Shown here: positions 35,286 to 45,705 of the stretch, piece after piece
Numbering within the stretch: the stretch's first letter is position 1
How the letters are laid out: each line of letters starts with the position of its first letter
From: a virus
Taxonomy: Duplodnaviria; Caudoviricetes
Length of the DNA stretch: 64,000 bases
IMG/VR virus record: IMGVR_UViG_3300045594_000145
Span: 32,001 to 96,000 of that record
Strand: one strand, 5' to 3'
The notes under the pieces: generated by a model
What the model saw: only the letters and a program-made list of their open reading frames with translations
Told to the model about the DNA's origin: nothing
Database searches by the model: none
Program-made: the position numbers and the translations under genes

Positions 35286-35947
35286 TCCTTTACTTTTCTA
35301 TCCTTTGGGATATAGTATTGCGCGACACCCCTGTAGTGCTTTAAGATGTAGTTGAGAATATATGCTTCGATTCTGCAATCTGCTAAGGCAGTATGCGCTT
35401 CATGGAAATTGCCATCGCCAACTAAGTAGCGGTATACATGCTCGGCATTCGTCTTCATGTTACCGATGGCAGTATAACCATCGTCACAGGAGTCGATATA
35501 CTGAGCATATCCAGCTTCCTTGCATACAGTATCTTTTGCTAATTTCCAGATATCCAACATATTCTTTGCAAGAATATACTTTACATCCCTATCGTTCTCT
35601 AGCCCAAAGAACTTTGCCGTTGCTTTAATAGCACGATAATCAAATGCCAAGTTATAAGCCGCCATTGTTTTAATCTTATTAGCCCGCTCGTCTTCGGCTA
35701 ACTGGTGAACTACATTCTTGAAACGTCTACAGGCGGTATCTTGTGAGATTCTGTGCGCGACATAGAAGTCGCTTGCTTCCAATAATTCTGGGTGCTGATA
35801 ATGGAACTCTGAGACTCTAAAGTCTCTTTCGCAGGTGGTATCACCACTCTTGTCGACCATGTGCCAGCCAGCATTATGAACTAATGGAGAAGTCATAACC
35901 CCGATAGTTTCGGTGTCTAAGACTACAATATTACTTTTTACTCTCAT
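35282..35947 (-). CDS. DEDDh 3'-5' exonuclease (paralog of 2439..3113)
   Basis: LDTET, AYNLAFD, TNAEHVY, HTALAD; likely start MRVKSN. Confidence 0.85.
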   Translation of the reverse strand: MRVKSNIVVLDTETIGVMTSPLVHNAGWHMVDKSGDTTCERDFRVSEFHYQHPELLEASDFYVAHRISQDTACRRFKNVVHQLAEDERANKIKTMAAYNLAFDYRAIKATAKFFGLENDRDVKYILAKNMLDIWKLAKDTVCKEAGYAQYIDSCDDGYTAIGNMKTNAEHVYRYLVGDGNFHEAHTALADCRIEAYILNYILKHYRGVAQYYIPKDRKVKE

Positions 35948-36185
35948 TTTCTTCTTCCTCTTCATCCTCTGGGAAAAGTAAATAGGCTTCATTATAATCA
36001 AGATAGCTCATCCCAAAAGGAACCTCAAAATACTTAAGCGGTGGTTCACCGGAAGCCCTAAATAATGCTTCTGATGGTCTAAAATCTTCTCTAGCTTCTT
36101 CAACGGTTTTATAAATACCCTCAACCATGGTATCATTTCCGAAACCATCAACCCAGTTAAGAACAACAATAACACTATCATCCAT
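35931..36185 (-). CDS. acidic hypothetical protein
   Basis: 84 aa with poly-E tail. Confidence 0.65.
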   Translation of the reverse strand: MDDSVIVVLNWVDGFGNDTMVEGIYKTVEEAREDFRPSEALFRASGEPPLKYFEVPFGMSYLDYNEAYLLFPEDEEEEENESKK

Positions 36186-36251
36186 TTTCGTTTTCCTCTT
36201 CTACTTCATTACTTTCTTTTTTCTCTACTCGCCGAGGCGAGAGGAAGAAGC

Positions 36252-36479
36252 TTATTCAGCTTCTTCCTTAGAGTATTCATCTACTCCACGCTTAGGCGTG
36301 ATAAGCTTCACCTGCATATCGCATGGTAAGTCTCCGCCCTTCTTGATGATGAGCGTACCAGCAGTCTTGCCGTACTCTTCCCCATCTTCAACCTTTAAAC
36401 CCCTTGACTCGAAGAACTCCGCAAGAACCTTGCTCATGTTCTCTTTTGCCACTGCCTTAACATCAATCTTCTTTGCCAT
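36252..36479 (-). CDS. hypothetical protein (paralog of 31631), first early gene
   Basis: start MAKKID; shared motifs with 31631 ORF. Confidence 0.75.
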   Translation of the reverse strand: MAKKIDVKAVAKENMSKVLAEFFESRGLKVEDGEEYGKTAGTLIIKKGGDLPCDMQVKLITPKRGVDEYSKEEAE

Positions 36480-36747
36480 ATTACTTGTATCTCTCTTTCT
36501 AGCGTTTTGCGCTTTTATTGGCGCCCTCTTGGGCATATGGAAGTGGCTACTTGCATAGCCACTTGTTTTCTTTACTCTTCGATAGATTGTTGCTCTTTAA
36601 CGTTAGGGACTATCACCGCTAGTTCGATACTTTGATACCAATAGCTATTGCTTTCGCTTTGGGTTGGAAGGGAGAAAAATTCCTTCTTCACTGTACGGTA
36701 TATCGACTTAAATGCTTGTGTTTTATAGCACCTACAATCTCGCATTC

Positions 36748-36766
36748 TATCTAATTTTCAAAGGTC
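36748..36766 (-). promoter_or_regulatory. rrn-type boxA antitermination-like element
   Basis: GACCUUUGAAAAUUAGAUA resembles the Bacillota rRNA-leader boxA (..CUUUGAAAACU..). Confidence 0.55.
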
Positions 36767-36932
36767 GCATGTCCTGCCGTTCGGTGTCAATGATGGGAAC
36801 ATCCCCAGCGCATTGATATTACTCCGCCACCCAGAGTTAGATATATTTTAAATATATCATCATGTCGTTTTATAATGCCGTAGTCACGTTCTACTCGTTT
36901 TGACTGACAAGGTATTGCTACCTTGTACTTAT

Positions 36933-37154
36933 ATATTAGCATAGCGTTTTCGCTATGTCAATACCTTTTTGAAGAAACTTTTTTCAAGGTTTCAAGCGTT
37001 GCCGCTTGTTACTTTGTACCCTTATTTTAATTCATTGCGTTTCCTTTGTCAAGGGGTTTTTGAAACTTTTTTTACAAAGTTTTGAGGGCTTGCGTTTCCG
37101 GTTGCCCTTGTTACTTTGTACCCTCATTCTATCCCCGCCCGCCTACAATGTCAA
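36933..37154 (-). promoter_or_regulatory. three tandem sigma-A promoters heading the early region
   Basis: TTGACA-17-TAATAT (36933-36961), TTGACA-17-TAAAAT (37024-37052), TTGACA-17-TAGAAT (37126-37154); repeated GGGTACAAAGTAACAAG start. Confidence 0.8.
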
Positions 37155-37277
37155 GGGGTTTTGTGAATGTAAATTTTTTCATTTCGGGATGAAAAAATTT
37201 TCAGGGGTACCATTTTTTTGGCTGGCCAACAAAGTACGCAACCCCACTTTTAATTTTACGAAACGATAAAAAATCCC

Positions 37278-37306
37278 TTGACAAATTTTAAAAAATAATC
37301 TATAAT
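37278..37306 (+). promoter_or_regulatory. sigma-A promoter of packaging operon
   Basis: TTGACA-17-TATAAT. Confidence 0.8.
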
Positions 37307-37333
37307 GTATTTAGGAGGAATTAAAATATCTTT

Positions 37334-38716
37334 ATGCCAAATAATTATCCAACTAAAAACAACGCCCGTGTCCAATGTGTCAAGTGCGGTAAAACTAAGA
37401 GTTTAAATTATTTTTATGCCTCAGCCGCTCCTACTGAGAAAGCGCCTGCAGGGGTTGTTCCTATTTGTAAGGAGTGCGTCCTTCAGACTTATAATCCAGA
37501 TGATCCTAACACTTTTATCCCTCTGTTGAGGGAAGCTGATATCGCTTGGGTTCCAGGTATCTATCGTGATTGTTACCAGAAGGTAATTGATGCTAAGAAG
37601 TCACCAATTGGTATTCTTGGCCGCTATATGTCTAGGATGAAGCTCGGTCAATATTCTAACTTCCGCTATTCTCAATCAGTGGAGGCGCAGGTCTATTACT
37701 TCTCCGAGGAAACCCCAGATGATCCTACCCACTATGGCGCCGCTAATCTCCCTCTTGGGGAGTCTTACTTAGGCGCTGTTGAGAATGTGGCCGCGCGCCT
37801 TAGATTCCCTACTGGTTTCTCTGAGGGGGCTAGTGGTGGATTTGTCCCATCCTCTGTTGCAACCGCGGCGCCCGCTGGGCTTCAAGTATCTCCCGCAAAT
37901 GGAGATTTTGAACATGCGGCCGGCGGGGCAGATGATTCTTCTGCCGTTGTGCAATTGACGCAGGAGGAAGACCAGTATTTGCAACTTAAATGGGGTACTT
38001 TGTACAATAGGTCTCAACTTCTTCGTTTGGAGAAGGAGTACCTTCAGATGCTTCAGGACTATGATATTCACACTACTAACCAGAAGGACTACTTACGCAA
38101 AATTTGTATTGCTTCCCTTCGTTATGATGAGGCTCTTGCTACCAATGCTTCTGATGAAGCTAAGCGTTGGGGAGGTCTTTATTCTTCTTTGACTAAGGAA
38201 AGTGGATTACAGCCGGCGCAGGGGAATGAGACTCAGGCAGACTACATGGACTCTGTTGGTGTCCTTGTTAAGATGGCTGAGAATAATGATGACTTTATTC
38301 CACGTTGGGATACTACTGAGAGTCGTGATAAGCTTGATATGATTCTTAATGATTATAAGCTATTTGTTAAGCGTCTTGTGTCTCAGAATGATGACATTGC
38401 AGATCGTATTAATATTGCTACTCAAGACCTGAAGGCGCAGGATGAAGTAATTAAGAACAAAGAAGTCGATTCAGAGACAACCCCTAATTTAGAAGCAGAT
38501 GATTCTAACACTTCCCGCACGGTGCCTGCGGCACCGGAAGAGGTTGATCCTACTGCTGATATATTTGGTGCTTATGCTGGACTAGATGGGAATGATGATT
38601 GTGATTTAACATCCGTAGATCCCGAGGATGATGATTTCCCAGAGAAAAAGGAGAGTGAATTAAATGCAACAGAACGAATGCATGCAATCCTTAAGGGAAA
38701 AATTAAATCTAACTGA
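37334..38716 (+). CDS. putative terminase small subunit (N-terminal Zn finger)
   Basis: CVKC...FY...CKEC; directly upstream of large terminase. Confidence 0.55.
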   Translation: MPNNYPTKNNARVQCVKCGKTKSLNYFYASAAPTEKAPAGVVPICKECVLQTYNPDDPNTFIPLLREADIAWVPGIYRDCYQKVIDAKKSPIGILGRYMSRMKLGQYSNFRYSQSVEAQVYYFSEETPDDPTHYGAANLPLGESYLGAVENVAARLRFPTGFSEGASGGFVPSSVATAAPAGLQVSPANGDFEHAAGGADDSSAVVQLTQEEDQYLQLKWGTLYNRSQLLRLEKEYLQMLQDYDIHTTNQKDYLRKICIASLRYDEALATNASDEAKRWGGLYSSLTKESGLQPAQGNETQADYMDSVGVLVKMAENNDDFIPRWDTTESRDKLDMILNDYKLFVKRLVSQNDDIADRINIATQDLKAQDEVIKNKEVDSETTPNLEADDSNTSRTVPAAPEEVDPTADIFGAYAGLDGNDDCDLTSVDPEDDDFPEKKESELNATERMHAILKGKIKSN

Positions 38717-40592
38717 TCACAAAGACTATAGCCCAAACGCGGCGCTACTTGAAACTCCCGTTTCTTTAATTCAGAAATTGCTTGGAGACGAAGTAGTTCA
38801 AGATACTAAGAAAATTGGTATGTCAAAAGAAAGAATCACAGCAGCTCTGCCGAACTTAAGAACTTTATTTTCTTTCTATAGGGCATATCCAGATTTACTA
38901 CTTGATATAATGCGCGACCCAGAGTCTAACTTTGAACTTAGACCTTATCAGCGTATCTTCTTACGTGTGATACTGCGGCACCGATATGTATATGGAACTT
39001 TCCCTCGTGGATATTCTAAATCTTTTATTGCTATTCTTGCCAACTATTTGAAATGCATTTTGTATCCAAATAGTAAGGTGTTCTTAGTATCACCTGGCAA
39101 ACAGCAATCTATGTCTATTATTCAAGAAAAGGTAAAAGAAATCTGGGACATATGGCCTGGACTTCGTAATGAGATAATTGAGGGTAGAGATGCTGGCGCA
39201 TCCAAGATGCAAGCTAACATGTTTTCCTTACAGTTTAAGAACGGTTCATTCTTCGATGTTATTGCTTGTTCTGAAAGATCAAGAGGTCTCCGTAGAACTT
39301 CTGGTATTATTGAAGAAAGCGCTAAGGTCGATGGAACTATTCTTTCTAGTGTTATTATTCCTACCATGAACATTTCAAGACGCTCTGCCAATGGTAGAGA
39401 AGACCCTAATGATATGATGAATAAATCACAATGCTATATTACTTCTGCGGGCGAAACTCAAACCTTTGCATATGAGAAGTTAGCTAATATTTTAATCTGG
39501 TCAGTGTTGCGCCCAGATGAAAGTTTCTGTTTTGGTGGCACTTGGAGACCTCCAGTTGTATTTGGTCTGTTAAATAAGAATTTCGTCTCAGACTTGCGAG
39601 ACGATGGAACATACTCTGAGGCTACATTTGCCCGTGAATATGAATCTCAGTGGACTGGTAGTTCTACAGAGTCTTTCTTCAGTGAAGAAGAATTTGATAG
39701 GTGTCGCACGGTTCAACAGTCAATGACAGAAGCTCCTGAAAAGATGCCAAAGGGTGCGCGCATTATCCTTGGATACGACGTTGGTAGAAATAATGACTTA
39801 AGCACCTGCATAGTTATCTACATGGAATCTCAGGCTAATGGAACTTATATTAAGAAAGTAGTCAATATTTACGCTTGGGAAGGTTTACATTTTGCAGACC
39901 AGGCTTCAATTATTAAAAAACTTGTTATGAGATATAATGCCTACAAGTTAGTAATTGATGCTAACGGCCCAGGTTTAGGACTAGTAGATTTCTTAACTAT
40001 TAAAACAAAGGATCTAAAGACCGGCGTTGAATTACCTGCGCTTGGTATTGATAGAGAATCTGATACAACTGATATGTATAGGAATTTCTATAGAGTAGAA
40101 GAACATCTATATGATGAAAAAATTTGGCTGATTAGAGCTTCTGATAAATTAAATAGCCAGATGCACAATCTTGTCAGTACACAAATTGCTAGTGGCAAAG
40201 TTCGTTTCTTAATTGATGATACTACTGCAAGAGAAGCTATGTCAAGAACTCGCGCGTGGGCCACATACACAGAAGAACAAAAGGTTGCGGTTATGCAGCC
40301 ATTCGTCATGACCAGAATCCTAAGAGAAGAAATGATGAATTTACGCCGCAAGACTGAAGATACAACAAACATCACACTGAAGAAAATTTCTAGTTCAATT
40401 AAAAAGGATAAATTTTCTGCTTTTGAATATGCGCTTTGGTATTGCAGAAAGTTAGAAACTGAACGCCATAAGAGAATAAATGCTGAAGATCTTGATTTAA
40501 TTTCTACTGGCTCAAGACCTGGCGCGACTAGAAGAGATTTCAGTGGTGAAAGAAAGAGTTTTACTAGAACACACTCTTTTGGAAGGAGATAA
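38664..40592 (+). CDS. terL: terminase large subunit
   Basis: FPRGYSKSF Walker A, RGLRR..IIEES, FAREYESQW, LGYDVGR nuclease motif, KKDKFSA. Confidence 0.9.
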   Translation: MQQNECMQSLREKLNLTDHKDYSPNAALLETPVSLIQKLLGDEVVQDTKKIGMSKERITAALPNLRTLFSFYRAYPDLLLDIMRDPESNFELRPYQRIFLRVILRHRYVYGTFPRGYSKSFIAILANYLKCILYPNSKVFLVSPGKQQSMSIIQEKVKEIWDIWPGLRNEIIEGRDAGASKMQANMFSLQFKNGSFFDVIACSERSRGLRRTSGIIEESAKVDGTILSSVIIPTMNISRRSANGREDPNDMMNKSQCYITSAGETQTFAYEKLANILIWSVLRPDESFCFGGTWRPPVVFGLLNKNFVSDLRDDGTYSEATFAREYESQWTGSSTESFFSEEEFDRCRTVQQSMTEAPEKMPKGARIILGYDVGRNNDLSTCIVIYMESQANGTYIKKVVNIYAWEGLHFADQASIIKKLVMRYNAYKLVIDANGPGLGLVDFLTIKTKDLKTGVELPALGIDRESDTTDMYRNFYRVEEHLYDEKIWLIRASDKLNSQMHNLVSTQIASGKVRFLIDDTTAREAMSRTRAWATYTEEQKVAVMQPFVMTRILREEMMNLRRKTEDTTNITLKKISSSIKKDKFSAFEYALWYCRKLETERHKRINAEDLDLISTGSRPGATRRDFSGERKSFTRTHSFGRR

Positions 40593-40952
40593 ATGTCAGG
40601 GTCATCCGGAGAATTAAAAATTGAATCTATATTAACTGCGGCCAATCTTCCTTTTGAAAGGGAATACGAGTTCCCAGATTTAGTTGCAAGTAGCGGTCGC
40701 CCACTCCGCATGGACTTTGTTGTCTTTGAGGATGATGGTACGATTGCTTTTGCAATTGAATATGATGGAGAGCAGCATTACAATGCGGTAAAGCATTTTG
40801 GTGGTCAACGTGGTTTAAACCATCAACACTATAATGATTTAAAAAAGAATCAATATTGCCTGGACCATAGTATTCCATTGGTAAGAATACCCTATTGGGA
40901 TTATGATAAAATTAACCTAGAGTATATCTTAAATCGAGCAAATTTTTTCTAA
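40593..40952 (+). CDS. Vsr/DUF559-like endonuclease
   Basis: LRMDF..AIEYDGEQH..DLKKNQYC..IPLVRIPYW. Confidence 0.75.
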   Translation: MSGSSGELKIESILTAANLPFEREYEFPDLVASSGRPLRMDFVVFEDDGTIAFAIEYDGEQHYNAVKHFGGQRGLNHQHYNDLKKNQYCLDHSIPLVRIPYWDYDKINLEYILNRANFF

Positions 40953-41012
40953 TAATTTTTAGAAAATCTCTTGACTTTTGGAAAAAAATAGGATATAATT
41001 TATATGTAAGAG

Positions 41013-42557
41013 ATGGAGGACTTAAAACGCATGCTAAAAAATTATAGCAGCTCTGGTTTCCAATCATCTAACTTAAGTCTTACCTACTCTTCCGGTAAAA
41101 AAGTTAGAGAATTAGTTAAAGATTACAATACTTCAAATTCTTCCTATCGGAAGAAATATGAAAGAGAAGAAATACTAAGAGCTTTTAATGGAGTAAAAAG
41201 TTCTCAAATAATTGAGACGTCAAAATATTACTATAAGACAAGCCCTTTATATACACAATATATTAATTACTATAGTACAATTTATCCATATCGTTGGGCA
41301 GTTTTCCCACGTTTAGAATCACCAAAGATAAAGAAAAGTTCTTATAGTAGATGGTATGATACTCTCCGCTATGTGGAGATGATTAATCCAGAATTATTGT
41401 TTATAGAAATTGCGCGCAAGACTCTAATTGAAGGATCTTGCTATATCGCAGTTAAGGATGATAGTTCTTCTTTCGGAATACAGTTCTTACCACTGAGCTA
41501 CTGCCGTTCTAATAAAACATATAAAGGACGTCCAGTTGTAGATTTTAACGTGACGTATTTTAACTCATTAAAACCTACTGATAAAATAGAAGCATTAAAA
41601 ACATTTCCAGCTACTGTAGTTTCTGCCTATAAAGATTGGCAGAAGATAAAAGATAAAACTTCTGAAGACGAATGGCAGTCTTTGGATGTTGATTATAGTT
41701 ATAAATTTACTCTCCGCCCAGATGATTTACCACTTATCTATGGCGTGGTGCTAGATTTATTAGATGTACAAGATGCAAAAGATATTACAATGTTCAAGAT
41801 TGAGCAAGAAGTATCTAAAATCTTAGTACAGAAATTTGGAGTTGATAATCAAGGTCAGCCAGTTATTGCCTTGCCAGAATTAAAACAATTCCAAAGAGAT
41901 ACAAGTACCGCATTAGCTTCAATTCCTGGACTTGACGTTATGACTACTTATGCTGACGTCAGTGTTGAGAATTTACAGAAAGCTACTTCGTCTTCATCTA
42001 CAGAAACTCCAATTTCTCAAATTGGTCAAGATGCATATGAGGCCGCAGGCGTATCCTCGAAGTTAATTAACTCAGATAATGCGGGTACATTAGGAAAATC
42101 TATTCAATTGAATGAAGCAACAATGACTTATTTATTGCTCCAGTTCAGACAGTTCTTACAAGTCAGAATAGATGTTCATACAGCTAATAATAAAGAATCA
42201 TATATTCTTGAAATGCCTGAAGTTTCACGCTTCAACTGGAAAGAAAGATATGATTCTTATATAAAGGATAACTTACTTAATTCTAAAATGCTTGCCCAAG
42301 TTATATCAGGTCGCAGACAATCTGACATAATGGCAGCATATTTCTTTGAAGAGGCTTGCTTTGGTGGAAGTGAGGAAGATGGACAATCTTCTGCTTCCAG
42401 TTCGAGTTCTTCCGACAGCTCTTCTGATGGTAGTAACGATAACTCCGGTTCAGATACTTCTGCAACGAGTGGAAGTGACACTGGAGAAGTCGGCCGGCCA
42501 GAATTGCCAGATGATCAGAAATCGGAAAAAACTCTTCAAAATAGAGAAAGTTTGTAG
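41013..42557 (+). CDS. portal protein
   Basis: 514 aa following terL; C-terminal GRPELPDDQKSEKT motif; synteny. Confidence 0.75.
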   Translation: MEDLKRMLKNYSSSGFQSSNLSLTYSSGKKVRELVKDYNTSNSSYRKKYEREEILRAFNGVKSSQIIETSKYYYKTSPLYTQYINYYSTIYPYRWAVFPRLESPKIKKSSYSRWYDTLRYVEMINPELLFIEIARKTLIEGSCYIAVKDDSSSFGIQFLPLSYCRSNKTYKGRPVVDFNVTYFNSLKPTDKIEALKTFPATVVSAYKDWQKIKDKTSEDEWQSLDVDYSYKFTLRPDDLPLIYGVVLDLLDVQDAKDITMFKIEQEVSKILVQKFGVDNQGQPVIALPELKQFQRDTSTALASIPGLDVMTTYADVSVENLQKATSSSSTETPISQIGQDAYEAAGVSSKLINSDNAGTLGKSIQLNEATMTYLLLQFRQFLQVRIDVHTANNKESYILEMPEVSRFNWKERYDSYIKDNLLNSKMLAQVISGRRQSDIMAAYFFEEACFGGSEEDGQSSASSSSSSDSSSDGSNDNSGSDTSATSGSDTGEVGRPELPDDQKSEKTLQNRESL

Positions 42558-42568
42558 GAGGAAGATGG

Positions 42569-44023
42569 ATGGATAAAAAAATACCTTCCCATGTCTTCTC
42601 AATAGCTAAATTCTCGAATGGAGAAAAAATTTCTGATATCATCACAAAGTATAAGGTGAGAATCTTATATCTTGGTGGAAATCGAAACGGAAGTTACTTC
42701 AAGAAAGATACTGTTGATCAGATGTGCGAAAAGATGGGCGGCGTTCCGATCATTGGATATTACTCCAAAGATCATGGAGATTTTACGTCTCACTTTGGAG
42801 AGTATATTCAGAAAGTCATCAATCCGGAGACCGGCGCAACCTGTGAAGATTATCTCGACACAGTTCCGTACGGTTTTATTCCTACTGATCCAGAAGTTGG
42901 TTGGGAAAAAGTTACAGATGATGATGGAGTTGAAAGAGAATATCTAACAACTACAGTTTATCTCTGGGACGGCCGTTATCCAGAACTTAATGTTCTGCAT
43001 GAGGGTAGACCAAACAACCTATCAATGGAACTCGATCCAGAGACCGTTGAGGGTGATTGGATTTCAGTTATGAATGAAGGCATTGAATCTGAGTATTTCT
43101 GTTTCTCACACGCAGATTTCTTGGGTTTATGCATTCTAGGAAAGGATGTCGAGCCATGCTTTGAAGGCGCAGACTTTGAGCCACTCTTTGCATTAGAGCA
43201 AGGGAACAAGTTAAAGGATGTGTTAAAAAACATGAGTGTTGAACTGAAAAATGCTCTTTCTTATTCTGCAACTGAAAATGACGAACATGAAGAAAATGAA
43301 CCTGCGACCGCAGTAGAAGATACTGCTGAGCAGGAAGTTGAACCAGTGGTTAACAATGAATTGGGCGATGATGCCGAAGATTCAAACGTTGCGGCTGATG
43401 CAACTTACATTGAATTCACTCCTGAGGATGTGTCTGAATCTAAAGAAGCGTTTGTCTTTGCACAAGAAGCAGATGAAGAAGAAAAAGAACCAACAGATGA
43501 AGAGTTGAGAGCAATTGAAAATTCTGAGTCTGAGGGGAATCTAGATGAAAATCTCGATGACCTAGACAAATTTGAGGAACCTGAAGCTGAGCATATCTCT
43601 ATTGATGATTTACTCGCTGAAAATCAGAACTTAAAGAGTTCTTTACAGGATCTTCAAGATAAATTCAATTTAATGAAGGAAGATTTTGATAAAGCTAATA
43701 GTGAATTAACATTAATTCATGCTCGCCCAGATAAATATTCTTATCTTGATGGTGAAAAGAATAATATTGATTCAGCATCTTATGAAAAATTCTACAATGA
43801 TGTAGATAAATATTCATTAGATAGTCTAAAAACCGCAGTTAAACTTTGCGGTTATGAATACTTAAAGACTTTGGTAAATCGTAATTTTAGTTTGTTAGAG
43901 CAAGAACCTAAAAAGGAAGACAGCTCTAAGGCTATAATTCACAATTTTGATACTCATGAAGATGCAGTAGATTCTGCGCCAGAATGGGTAAAAGAAGTCA
44001 TAAAAGCCCAAAACAAAAACTAA
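42569..44023 (+). CDS. prohead protease / scaffold
   Basis: NRNGSY, LW..RY, LSME, LCILG..VEPCFEGA protease-like domain plus acidic coiled-coil C-terminus. Confidence 0.75.
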   Translation: MDKKIPSHVFSIAKFSNGEKISDIITKYKVRILYLGGNRNGSYFKKDTVDQMCEKMGGVPIIGYYSKDHGDFTSHFGEYIQKVINPETGATCEDYLDTVPYGFIPTDPEVGWEKVTDDDGVEREYLTTTVYLWDGRYPELNVLHEGRPNNLSMELDPETVEGDWISVMNEGIESEYFCFSHADFLGLCILGKDVEPCFEGADFEPLFALEQGNKLKDVLKNMSVELKNALSYSATENDEHEENEPATAVEDTAEQEVEPVVNNELGDDAEDSNVAADATYIEFTPEDVSESKEAFVFAQEADEEEKEPTDEELRAIENSESEGNLDENLDDLDKFEEPEAEHISIDDLLAENQNLKSSLQDLQDKFNLMKEDFDKANSELTLIHARPDKYSYLDGEKNNIDSASYEKFYNDVDKYSLDSLKTAVKLCGYEYLKTLVNRNFSLLEQEPKKEDSSKAIIHNFDTHEDAVDSAPEWVKEVIKAQNKN

Positions 44024-44036
44024 GGAGGTTTAGTAA

Positions 44037-44585
44037 ATGGCTAATACAGCATTAACAAAAGTTGGCTATGCTCAGGTTGAACCGAACAGATTAACTGCTC
44101 AGAAGACTAGAGAAGTATATGCCCAACTTCCAGCAGACTCTGCAATCACTAAGATTGAGAACGGTATGTTCTTAGTCTATGATCAGGCAGCTGGAAAAGT
44201 TACACTTCCTGCAAAGGAAGGTGCTCGTGCTCAGCTCGTTATGAACGAAATCATCTTAACTGATGAACGTTACCAGGCTGACAGCGATTATGTTATGACT
44301 GCACATCCAGCTACTGATTATCAGGCAGCTATGGATGCTTATCCACGTGTATATGCTATGCATGTTGGTGATTCTTTCACAACAAATGCAGTAAATTTAG
44401 CAGTTAAGGATACTCTGCCAATCGCTGGCGATAAGTTTATCGTTGGTCTGGATGGATATCTTGAACCAATTGCAGCCGTCGCAGACGCTGAAATGATTTT
44501 CGAGGTTGCAGCAGCAGTTAATGGAAAGACAAATATTCTTCCAGACGGTCAGACCGCAGTGAAGTTTGTTTGCATTAAGGCATAA
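44037..44585 (+). CDS. head decoration / minor capsid protein
   Basis: Located between scaffold and MCP; IENGM, GDSFTTN. Confidence 0.6.
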   Translation: MANTALTKVGYAQVEPNRLTAQKTREVYAQLPADSAITKIENGMFLVYDQAAGKVTLPAKEGARAQLVMNEIILTDERYQADSDYVMTAHPATDYQAAMDAYPRVYAMHVGDSFTTNAVNLAVKDTLPIAGDKFIVGLDGYLEPIAAVADAEMIFEVAAAVNGKTNILPDGQTAVKFVCIKA

Positions 44586-44602
44586 GGGGAGGATAGATAG
44601 AT

Positions 44603-45637
44603 ATGGAAATGAATGAAATTAAGAATATCGTTAAAGCTCTCTCTGAGTGCAAAAAGAACGGTAAAACTTCTTATACCTTTGCTCTCGCAGAGGATAAAAC
44701 AGAAGAATTGTCAGTTGGCGCAATGAACGAAACACTCCGTAAGGAATTATTCGAACTTTGCGGAACAAGAACAGGCTATGAACGTCATAAGCTTGACCTC
44801 TTTGATTTAATTCAGGAAAGCATTGATGCTAAGGTTCCAGCAGAATTAGCTCATTTCTTCGATGGATTTACAACTGTCCAACAGTTCGGTCCGAAGGATG
44901 AACCAGAGTTTACACTCCGTAAGGATAAGAAGAACTTACGCGCAAGAAAGTTTGCAGTATTAGGTGCTTCTGCTGGTTCTTATGAAGTTTTCAGACTTGC
45001 TAAGGAAAACAAGATCAGAATCAACGTTACAGCTGTCACCGATGCTTGCCAGATCTCTTTTGAAGATTTCTTAAGTGGTCGTGTTGATTGGAATGAAATG
45101 CTTGATGCTATCCAGATGGGTATGGAAGACAGAGTCTATGATGAAGTCTTAAAGTGCTTAGCTGTAGTTGAAGCAAAACTTCCACAGGCAAACAAAGCTA
45201 GTTCTACTGACTTTGATCCAGTTGCTCTTGAGAAGGTAATGGGAACAATCGCTGTTTACGGCGCACCTACAATCTTCTGCACAGAGACATTCGCTCGTCA
45301 GATTACTGAAGGTTATTCTTGGGCCTCTGATGCTGAGAAGCTTGCTCGTAGAAATGTCGGTTATTTAGCTAACTACAAGGGAGCTAAAATCGTTATTCTC
45401 CCACAGAGCTTCACAGATGAAACAAATACAACAAAGGTTACTGATGACTCTAAGGCTTATGTGATGCCAGCAGGCGTAGGATCAATTTTCTACATTGCTC
45501 TGCAGGGTGACACACAGGTTCGTGATATTGACAGTAACGAAGACTGGAGTATTGAACTTCAGACTTATAAGAGATTCGGTGTTGCCGCACTGGTTTACAA
45601 CGATCTTGGTACTGTTGAAATTACTTCTTTAAAATAA
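44603..45637 (+). CDS. major capsid protein
   Basis: 344 aa, synteny, strong codon bias, followed by hairpin. Confidence 0.75.
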   Translation: MEMNEIKNIVKALSECKKNGKTSYTFALAEDKTEELSVGAMNETLRKELFELCGTRTGYERHKLDLFDLIQESIDAKVPAELAHFFDGFTTVQQFGPKDEPEFTLRKDKKNLRARKFAVLGASAGSYEVFRLAKENKIRINVTAVTDACQISFEDFLSGRVDWNEMLDAIQMGMEDRVYDEVLKCLAVVEAKLPQANKASSTDFDPVALEKVMGTIAVYGAPTIFCTETFARQITEGYSWASDAEKLARRNVGYLANYKGAKIVILPQSFTDETNTTKVTDDSKAYVMPAGVGSIFYIALQGDTQVRDIDSNEDWSIELQTYKRFGVAALVYNDLGTVEITSLK

Positions 45638-45705
45638 TCTAATAAAAGATAGCGCGAGGGGAGATATCCTCTCCCCTCAACTATTTATATCTTGAAAGGA
45701 AAAAT

